Positions 1 to 8,665 of a stretch of DNA of 34,200 nucleotides are shown here, in pieces. The stretch is from Guillardia theta CCMP2712 (lineage: Eukaryota; Protista; Cryptophyta): the NCBI RefSeq assembly GCF_000315625.1, contig NW_005434435.1, forward strand, positions 19,802 through 54,001, read 5' to 3'. The translations under genes were made by a program, and so were the position numbers. The notes beneath the pieces were generated by a model. The model saw nothing but the letters and a program-made list of their open reading frames with translations. It searched no databases and was not told the origin of the DNA. How positions within the stretch are numbered: the stretch's first letter is position 1; each line of letters begins with the position of its first letter.

Positions 1-3000
1 CAGGCAGCTCCTCCCCGCATGTTCTGTACAAGCATTCCCGCCACTAACCTTCCAAGTGGCCCTCCCGCACTCGCTTCATGCGCGCATGTGCTGCCGTGAT
101 TAAGTCTTCTCCCTCAGCAGCTCCTCCCCCGCATGTCTGTACAAGCATACCCCCACTACCTCCAAGTGACCTCCCTCACTCGCCTCATGCGCGCATGTGA
201 ATATTGTCATTGGTCTTCTCCCTCAGCAGCTCCTCCCCCGCATGTCTCTACAGCATACCCCACTACCTCCAAGTGCCCTCCTGCACTCGCCCACTGCGCG
301 CACGTCCTGCCGTCATTGGCCTTCTCCCTCAGCAGCTCCTCTCCGCATGTCTGTACAGCATACCCCAGCACCTCCAAGTGCCCTCCCGCACTCGCCTCAT
401 GCGCGCACGTCCTGCCGTCATTGGCCTTCTCCCTCAGCAGCTCCTCCCCGCATGTCTCTACAGCATACCGCACTACCTCCAAGTGCCCTCCCCCACTCGC
501 ATAGTGTGCGCATGTCCTGCCGTGATTGGTCTTCTCCCTCAGCAGCTCCTCCCCGCATGTCTCTACAGCATACCGCACTACCTCCAAGTGCCCTCTCAGA
601 CTCGCCCATTGCGCGAATGTTGCGCCATGTTCGTCCTTCGCCCTTAGCAGCTCCTCCCCGCATGTCTTCCCAACATACCGCAGCACCTCCAAGTGCCCTC
701 CCTCACTCGTCAAGTGCGCGCATGTCCTGCCGTCATTGGTCTTCTCCCTCAGCAGCTCCTCCCCGCATGTCTCTACAGCATACCGCACTACCTCCAAGTG
801 CCCTCCCGTACTCGCCTCATGCGCGCATGTCCAGCCGTCATTGGCCTTCTCCCTCAGCAGCTCCTCCCCGCATGTCTGTACAGCATACCGCACTACCTCC
901 AAGTGCCCTCCCCCACTCGCCTCATGCGCGCACGTCCTGCCGTCATTGGCCTTCTCCCTCAGCAGCTCCTCCCCGCATGTCTCTACAGCATACCGCACTA
1001 CCTCCAAGTGCCCTCCCGCACTCGCATCATGCGCGCATGTCCAGCCGTCATTGGCCTTCTCCCTCAGCAGCTCCTCCCNNNNNNNNNNNNNNNNNNNNNN
1101 NNNNNNNNNNNNNNNNNNNNNNNNNNNNNNNNNNNNNNNNNNNNNNNNNNNNNNNNNNNNNNNNNNNNNNNNNNNNNNNNNNNNNNNNNNNNNNNNNNNN
1201 NNNNNNNNNNNNNNNNNNNNNNNNNNNNNNNNNNNNNNAGCATACCGCAGCACCTCCAAGTGCCCTCCCTGACTCGCCTCATGCGCGCATGTCCTGCCGT
1301 CATTGGCCTTCTCCCTTAGCAGCTCCTCCCCGCATGTCTCTACAGCATACCGCACTACCTCCAAGTGCCCTCCCGCACTCGCCGCATTAGGGCATGTCCT
1401 GCCGTACTGGTCCTTCTCCCTCAGCACCTCCTCCCCGCATGTCTCTGCGACATACCGCACTACCTCCAAGTGCCCTCCCGCACTCGCCGCATTAGGGCAT
1501 GTCCAGCCGTCATTGGCCTTCTCCCTCAGCAGCTCCTCCCCGCATGTCTCTGCGACATACCGCACTACCTCCAAGTGCCCTCCCGCACTCGCCGCATGAG
1601 GGCATGTCCAGCCGTCATTGGCCTTCTCCCTCAGCAGCTCCTCCCCGCATGTCTCTGCAGCATACCGCACTACCTCCAAGTGCCCTCCCGTACTCGCCTC
1701 ATGCGCGCACGTCCAGCCGTCATTGGCCTTCTCCCTCAGCAGGCTCCTCCCCGCATGTCTCTACAGCATACCGCACTACCTCCAAGTGCCCTCCCTCACT
1801 CGCCAAGTGCGCGCATGTCCTGCCGTCATTGGTCTTCTCCCTCAGCAGCTCCTCCCCGCATGTCTCTACAGCATACCGCACTACCTCCAAGTGCCCTCCC
1901 GCACTCGCATAGTGTGCGCATGTCCAGCCGTCATTGGCCTTCGCCCTCAGCAGCTCCTCCCCGCATGTCTCTGCAACATACCGCAGCACCTCCAAGTGCC
2001 CTCCCTCACTCGCCAAGTGCGCACATGTCTTGCGATACTCGTCCCTCTCCCTGAGCAGCTCCTCCCCGCATGTCTCTACAGCATACCGCACTACCTCCAA
2101 GTGCCCTCTCAGACTCGCCCATTGCGCGAATGTCGCGCCATGTTCGTCCTTCGCCCTTAGCAGCTGCTCCCCGCATGTCTTCCCAACATACCGCACTACC
2201 TCCAAGTGCCCTCCCTCACTCGCCCAGTGCGCGCATGTCCTGCCGTCATTGGCCTTCTCCCTCAGCAGCTCCTCCCCGCATGTCTCTACAGCATACCGCA
2301 CTACCTCCAAGTGCCCTCCCTCACTCGCCCAGTGCGCGCATGTCCTGCCGTACTCGTCCTTCGCCCTCAGCAGCTCCTCCCCGCATGTCTCTACAGCATA
2401 CCGCACTACCTCCAAGTGCCCTCCCCCACTCGCATAGTGCGCGCATGTCTTTCCGTCATTGGCCTTCTCCCTCAGCAGCTCCTCCCCGCATGTCTGTACA
2501 GCATACCGCACTACCTCCAAGTGCCCTCCCGCACTCACCGCATTAGGGCATGTCCTGCCGTACTGGTCCTTCTCCCTCAGCACCTCCTCCCCGCATGTCT
2601 CTGCGACATACCGCACTACCTCCAAGTGCCCTCCCTCACTCGCCCAGTGCGCGCATGTCCTGCCGTCATTGGCCTTCTCCCTCAGCAGCTCCTCCCCGCA
2701 TGTCTCTGCGACATACCGCACTACCTCCAAGTGCCCTCCCGCACCCGCCAAGTACACGCATGTCCAGCCGTCATTGTCCTTCTCCCTCAGCAGCTCCTCC
2801 CCGCATGTCTCTGCAACATACCGCACTACCTCCAAGTGCCCTCCCTGACTCGCCAAGTGTGCGCATGTCCTGCCGTCATTGATCTTCTCCCTCAGCAGCT
2901 CTCCCGCATGTCTCTGCAGCATACCGCAGCACCTCCAAGTGCCCTCCCTCACTCGCCAAGTGCGCGCATGTGCTGCCGTCATTGTCCTTCTCCCTCAGCA

Positions 3001-3190
3001 CCTCCTCCCCGCATGTCTCTACAGCATACCGCACTACCTCCAAGTGCCCTCCCTTACTCGCCAAGTATGCGCATGTCCCCCCATACACAGCCTTCGCCCT
3101 CAGCAGCTCCTCCCCGCATGTCTCTACAGCATACCGCACTACCTCCAAGTGCCCTCCCTGACTCGCATAGTGCGCGCATGTCTTGCCGAG
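1..3190 (-). repeat. 105-bp tandem array encoding 35-aa ankyrin repeats (>=29 units counted)
   Basis: Recurrent ctcagcagctcctccccgcatgtctctacagcataccgcactacctccaagtgccctccc every ~105 nt; the array runs off the window start. Confidence 0.95.
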
Positions 3191-5550
3191 ATCGTCTTTC
3201 TCCATCATCAAGGTCTTCAGAGTCTCTTTCCCGCATTGTTTCTCTACCGTCTTCAGTACCTCCACATGCCCATACTCCGCCGCCCAGTGCACCATCGACT
3301 TCCCTTTCTTGTCCTTCGCTCCTACCTCTGCTCCTGCCTCTATCAGCTCCCTCACGCTCCCCGCCCTCCCCAGCATCCCCGCTACATGCAGCCCTGTCCT
3401 CCCGTCCTCCGTCCGCTCGTCCATGTCGCATTCGGTCGCCTTCAGCAGCCCGATCAGCTCCCCCTGTCCTCGTACCACCGCCGTCACTGTCGGCGGCTCC
3501 CCGTGCTGGCCCGACCTTGACATCGACAAGCCGTACATCCCGCACAGCCTCTTGCTCTGCTCTCGTCTGCCGTCATCGTCTGCTGGAGTCCGCGAGCTGA
3601 TCTCGTACATCAGACCCGCCATTGTCCTCCAGTACACTGACTGCATCGACTCCTCCGCAAGTGCTTGACATTTGTTTTGTCCCTGAGTGTCTTCGATCCA
3701 GTGCCTGAGCTTATTGATCGCCATGTCCTTGACTCGGTTCGACAGCTCGATCGCCTCCTTGTAGTTTGACTCGTCGTTGTACCAGCCCGACTCCCTCGCC
3801 CTGCTCGCCTCCACCAGCCCCCAGCTCTCCTCCACGATCGACCCCACAAGACCCTGATGGTACTTATAAAATGAATCGTATAATGCTGTCCTGAGCCGCT
3901 CCTGGATCCTCCCCTCCCACCCCCTCACGTCTCGCTCTACCTCCCTCGCCAGGTTCTCCATCAGCCCTACGTACAGCTGCTTCCTCTTCCCCACAAAGTC
4001 CTCGATCGTCAAGCTCATCGTGTTCGCGTTGATCTTCAGCTCCAGCACCTTCACCCGCCTCCCCTCTACCTCCATGTACCGCGGCGTCTTCACCACCTCC
4101 AGGTACGACAGCGGCGGATACAACATCTCCCCCTCCCCCGGATACTGAGACACAAACGTCAAGCTCGCCCCCCGGTCGATCGCCCCGCAGCTGATCTCGA
4201 ACACGATCGACTCTCCCTCCTCCCCGGCGTACTGCATCGCCTTCCTGACGTCTGTCGTCGTGCTCAGCAGCCCGTACTCGACTCCTCCGGACACCCCGAG
4301 CTCGTCCACGTTGAGGAAGCTCTCCGGCAGCCTCATCCCCTTCAGCCCCCTCCACACAACCCGCAGCCCTTCCGGCAGAGGCGTGTGACGAGACAGCTTC
4401 ACGACCCCGCTGACGATGCAGTGGATGGTCGTCGTGTACTTGTTGGGGAGCTTGCTGGAGTCTCGGAGGAGCTCGTTGGGAGCTCGAAGAACAGAGTTGT
4501 ACTTGAAGTACATCGGCCCTGTCATAGCAAGCCTCTTGTCAGCCTTCTCACGCTCTCTTGCTCCTCTTTCCTCCCCCATGCTCCTTCTCCCTCTCTCGCT
4601 ATCTCTCTCTTACCTGTGTAGAGCTGCAGCGCGATCAGCTCCGCCTCCTGTAGCCCCGCCTTGATCGCCGTGTCCAGCCCCTTCAGCTCCTCCATCCCTC
4701 GGATCACCCGCGTCCCGTCCGACAGCCTCCGCCTCCTCTCCGGGTCTGTCACGTTGAGCCACTCCTCCTTGGCTGTCGTCGTGATGTTGTAGTTGCTCGT
4801 CGTGAACGCTTCCTCCGCGTCCTTGCCCTTGCAGTGCTCCTCCTCTATCGCCTTCATCAGCTCCGTCTGAGGTAGCCCGATCCGCTCCATCAGCCCCCCG
4901 TAGTACTCCTCGATCTTCCCGTACACGGCCTCGCGTACCTCCCCGCTGCCTGTACCGTCCGACTCATTCACCGCAAACTTGCTGTTGTGCGACGTCGCAC
5001 CGTCTCCTCCCGCCCGCCCTCCTGCCTCTGCCGGCCTCCTCAGCGCCTCCTCGAGCCTCCTCCCTATCGCCGTCTGCCATAGAGCCGATAGAGCGCTTTC
5101 CGTCATCCCCTGTAGCCCCGCAAGAGGACTCGCCGCGCTCCCGCCGGGGATGCACTCCGCCATGACTCGGAGGATGTTGAGGTCGCCGAGGCTGCTGGTC
5201 TTGCGCTCGAGCTCCCACTCTCTTGCGACTCTGACCTCGTAGTCGTCGTACGAGAGCCTGTCAGGGCTGAGGGCCGACGCGTCGACGCCGAGAGCCATGC
5301 GGAGGTTGTTGAGAATCGTTTTGTATTCCTTTGAGTCTAGAGGGGTCTGAAAGAGCTTCTTGAGGTCAGAGCTGATGTCGTCGGGGATAGTCCAGCTGGT
5401 CGTCTGCTGGGCACTAGCTGGTGGATGAGCCGTGGGATTGCTGATTTGAGCGAGAGCGGAGGTGTGGGCGAGCAGCACTTCATTCTTGACTCTCAAGGTC
5501 AAGAGCTCACGCTCAAGCTCTATGATCTCTCTCTGTACATCCTTCCCCAT
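1..5550 (-). CDS. Mono-ADP-ribosyltransferase (R-S-E/ARTC-like) + long ankyrin-repeat protein, paralog A; 3'-partial; exons 5550-4614 and 4518-<1
   Basis: ATG at 5550 (MGKDVQREIIELERELL, coiled-coil-like). Splicing the GT-AG intron 4613-4519 gives LQLYTG|PMYFKYNSVLR. ART motifs follow: VWRG, LLSTTTD, SQYPGEGEMLYPP (ExE at 4127-4135). Then a helical linker and ankyrin repeats (GRTGLHVAGMLG, GKSMVHWAAEYG, then 35-aa units GxTCAHxASxGGHLEVVRYAVETCGEELLREK). Frameshifts near 2900, 1742 and 238 lie in homopolymer runs; gap at 1079-1238. Confidence 0.85.
1079..1238. other. Assembly gap (160 N) inside the ankyrin array
   Basis: Run of N. Confidence 1.
4519..4613 (-). other. Spliceosomal intron (95 nt) in ART paralog A
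   Basis: Minus strand ACAG|GTAAGA...TGACAG|GGCCGATG; removal restores LYTGPMY; same position in paralog B. Confidence 0.85.
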
Positions 5551-6054
5551 GCCGTACCAGACTAGCAGGAGGGGACAAGGCTCAGCAGATCTCAACGCCT
5601 GTCACAAGCGTCATATCATCGAGAGTTGCTTTGAGGGGTGATTCGATCTTGTTGTCTTCCACAAAAAACTAAGGCTTGTCATCTACACACAGCACAAGTT
5701 TCTCTCCTTAGGACTTTCAGAGAGCTCTAGGACAACACAGTCACAGCTGTGTCATCGCTAATATTCACGAGGATATGAAGGCTTTGATCCCATCATGTGC
5801 CGTGAGCTCTCTGTCCGTAGAGTTACAATCATTTGTTCCCTTGCAAGAATCATTCCACATTCTTAATTATCTCTTCTCTTAACTTCCGTTTTGTTGGAAG
5901 GGAAAGAGGGAAGAATGGCAGTATAACAAAAGGAAAAGCGCATAACGTTTCTAGCTTCCCTCTACTTGCAAACAAGAATGCCAAGAAAACATACAACAAC
6001 CAGACAGGGAATATAATTCCCTCCTCTCATCTCCCTCTTTTTCCCTCCTCTTCT

Positions 6055-6325
6055 CCTTTCTTCTGTCTGCTGTCACATCTCCATCTCTCTGCAGCAGTTA
6101 CAAGACATCTCTTACACTCTAGCGACATGACAAGCTTGTCGTCACCCTCCCTCAAGCTCCTTCCATCCTCTCTCCCTCTCTTCTCCCGCTCTTCAATCGC
6201 TTCCATTGTTATAAGCACTTTCACGACCACCCCTTCCTGTGACATGACCCTACCCTACCCTATAGAATACCATGGTTTCCGCGAATTAGATACGGGTGGA
6301 AAGTACCAGCCTACCCTACCTCTCT
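6055..6325. repeat. Non-coding block shared with ~31155-31430, upstream of both ART genes
   Basis: tctgtctg.tgtcac.tctcc.tctctctgcagcag.tacaagacatctc...agcgacatgacaagcttgtc.tcaccctccctcaagctccttccatcctctctccctctc and catggtttccgcg...cctaccctacct occur in both places. Confidence 0.85.
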
Positions 6326-7339
6326 ACAGAGTTAACATTCTCCCACCCCACCACTTGAATCAGCGGGTTTGAGGTACCCCATCCACCCTTCCAAAAAGTC
6401 TACATGGACACCCACCATATGATAACCATTCGGGGAGAAGAGGGAGGGTGGGGGTACCATCTCACAAGACCACCCCCTGTACTGAAAGCACACGTACACC
6501 CACCCTACCACCCGTGTGAGACTTCAGCGTTTTAGGAAGGGAGGGCCTACCAACCGTACGGCCCTTTCATCAGCCTACTACCCCACCCCTGATCAGAAGT
6601 CAACCTGTTATTGTGGAGAGTACCGCGTCTGATCCCATCAGTACGGGGGGTGGGGGTACCCGGGGTAATTACACGGGTACAGGTAGGGTACCCTACCCTC
6701 TCTACATCACTGTTATTCTCTTAAAGTACCGGTATCAGACTCTGACTTAGGTGACCGACGGTAGGGGTAGACAATGTCGCACTACGTCAGTTGCTTTTGT
6801 CCGTTGGACTGGTCTTTACTCAAAGTTTTTAGACATTAGGTATCAGCAAACTTTGAAATCCTCCCCTCTGATTTCAGGATATCCGCAAAACTCTGTATGT
6901 ACCTCCCGGAGTCCGCCTGAATCATGTAGTCACCAGTTACCCGGTAGTACGGTAACCATTACCGGCCCCCAGTGCCGCCGCCCGGGCTCCGACCCGCCGG
7001 GGCCCGGGTCACTGAGGCCGGTGTACCGTACCGGGGCCCGCTGAAACTTCCAGGAGCGGCAATGGCGCGTTCAGCTAACGGTACGGTACGAGCCTCGGAG
7101 CAGATGATGAGGTGCAGATGCAGTCCGTGAAGGAACGAGGGGCCGTGTTCCCAGGAAACGCAAACAGTCAGATCAGATCACACAAAAGCAGTATGTTGTG
7201 ATGATGCAAGTGCGATGAACGAGTTAGAGAGACAGATCAGGTGGTGTTCGATTGGCGGGAAGAAGAAGTCGCTGAGAGTGAAGTCCTCAAACCCAATGAG
7301 ATGCGAATGAGATGGAAAGCGAAGACGTTGAGATCTGAT

Positions 7340-7447
7340 TGAGAGGAAGCAGAGTGAGTCAGCGACAGTCTCCTGATGCTGGTCTCTGAGAGGAAGCAGA
7401 GTGAGTCAGCAAGTCTCCTCATGCTGGTCTCTTGAGAGGAAGCAGAA
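7340..7447. repeat. ~47-bp tandem repeat, about 2.3 copies
   Basis: gagaggaagcagagtgagtcagc...agtctcct.atgctggtctct repeated. Confidence 0.75.
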
Positions 7448-7732
7448 GGCGGCGCTGCTCGTGGCCGTGGCGCTGGGGTGTGTGAGGGGGGAGGAGTGAA
7501 ACGAACTCTGATCGATCAAACATTCAAGATCCGGAGTTACACACTGTGCGAGCGAGTGCTCAGTGACCCGAGGAGCAGTAATGAGATCAGAGCCGGGAGC
7601 AGCTGAGATCCTCTGATCAGCACACGATGACTCTTGGGACAGACGATGCTCGGCACGAACCAACTTGTCTCTTCGTCTCGGGTCGACGCGCGGCGTCAGG
7701 TGACCGATGGCAGCGTCTCACGCGGGAGAGTG

Positions 7733-7906
7733 GAAGAAGGTGTTGCCAAGACAAACAAGAGTCCGAGCAAAGTGACTCTAGAGCAAGATGGAAGAAGGTG
7801 TTGCCAAGACAAACAAGAGTCCGAGCAAAGTGACTCTAGAGCAAGATGGAAGAAGGTGTTGCCAAGACAAACAAGAGTCCGAGCAAAGTGACTCTAGAGC
7901 AAGATG
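7733..7906. repeat. 58-bp tandem repeat x3
   Basis: gaagaaggtgttgccaagacaaacaagagtccgagcaaagtgactctagagcaagatg at 7733, 7791, 7849; no spacers. Confidence 0.95.
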
Positions 7907-8590
7907 GCGTGATGGGTGCGAGGGAGAGATGCATGGGAGGAGAGAAAGGAAAGCAAGTGATCATTCAATTTATTGACTGAAAAAGAAGGACAAACCGGAG
8001 CAAACAAAGGAGGGGAGGATAGAGCCAACAAATCCGCCTCAATAAAATACTAGGAAACGAAGGAGGCAGCGAAAACCGGCATTCAGGAGGAAGAGGTTGG
8101 AGACCTTGTCTTGTCCAAGGGGAGGATGGATGAAGACATCGGGGGGGTTGGAATCGCGTCCATGAGAGAGGAAAGAGAGTGACTCAGTCGTCATGCTTCT
8201 GATGGTGGTCTTTGATAGCCACGTCAGCGGTCAGCACAAGACCAGATCCATTCCTCAGCACCACCCCCTCACCCACCACAGGGCCGAAGCCACCCCTCCA
8301 CCATAGTCCATACACGCCAACTCTCATTAACGGGTAACCCGGTCCGAGTCACTCGATCCCTTGCCAGAGAAGATCTCGCGAGACATCCTAGTAGCCTATG
8401 ACCTGTCTACACACCCGGGTGCTATCTAGCCTAACAGTCTGACCTGACTACGGGTACTCCTGAGCTCGGTCCTCGGCGTTGAGCCAAGTAGGTTGGCGAG
8501 TGTCTGCCGGTACACTCGGAGGACTGTTTACGAAGCGGTGGCTCTTGCACACAGTCGCTCGGAGCTTGCGGAGTTGTGTGACACTGGAAT

Positions 8591-8621
8591 GAGTTTCAAA
8601 GTCTCAAAGACTTTGAAATTC
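8591..8621. other. Inverted repeat/hairpin 5 nt from the element end
   Basis: gagtttcaaagtct-caa-agactttgaaattc: 11-bp perfect stem, 14 bp with one mismatch; identical at 33371-33401. Confidence 0.85.
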
Positions 8622-8665
8622 TCGGGACTCGACGGGCGGGATTTACCTCACCTAGTTATGAGGCG

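Larger units (their letters stand above)
7494..8626. mobile_element. Non-coding repeated element, copy 1 (putative terminus of a mobile unit) with 58-bp VNTR and subterminal hairpin
   Basis: Near-identical to 32043-33406, from gagtgaaacgaactctgatcg to gactttgaaattctcggg, where homology ends abruptly. No transposase seen, so mobility is inferred. Confidence 0.6.

Noticed and set aside
1740-2905. Programmed frameshifts or pseudogenisation of ART paralog A (also ~15186, ~17370, 28390-28440)
   Set aside because: Indels are single-base changes in homopolymer runs or near contig ends, typical of sequencing error; not supportable as biology without reads.
1-3190. TAL-effector-like DNA-binding repeats (35 aa with variable di-residues)
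   Set aside because: Consensus is ankyrin (GxT..H.A...GHLEVV.Y), not LTPxQVVAIAS; variation covers several positions.
1-3190. Diversity-generating retroelement as the source of variation
   Set aside because: No reverse transcriptase or template repeat in the window; variable codons (GAG, TGG, TTG, TAT, GCG) are not adenine-restricted changes from one template.
133-3668. Many long + strand and alternate-frame ORFs over the ankyrin array (likewise over the ARM, WD40 and paralog B arrays)
   Set aside because: Antisense or off-frame shadows of GC-rich coding repeats with no independent motifs.
6682-7045. 16-bp palindrome ggtagggtaccctacc and GC-rich ccggg/gtac palindromic tract (similar tract at 24675-24720)
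   Set aside because: Could be promoter-associated, but short palindromes are expected in this biased sequence and nothing supports a specific function.
7733-7906. CRISPR array (also 32283-32688 and 15908-16079)
   Set aside because: Head-to-tail units with no unique spacers, no cas genes, eukaryotic context.
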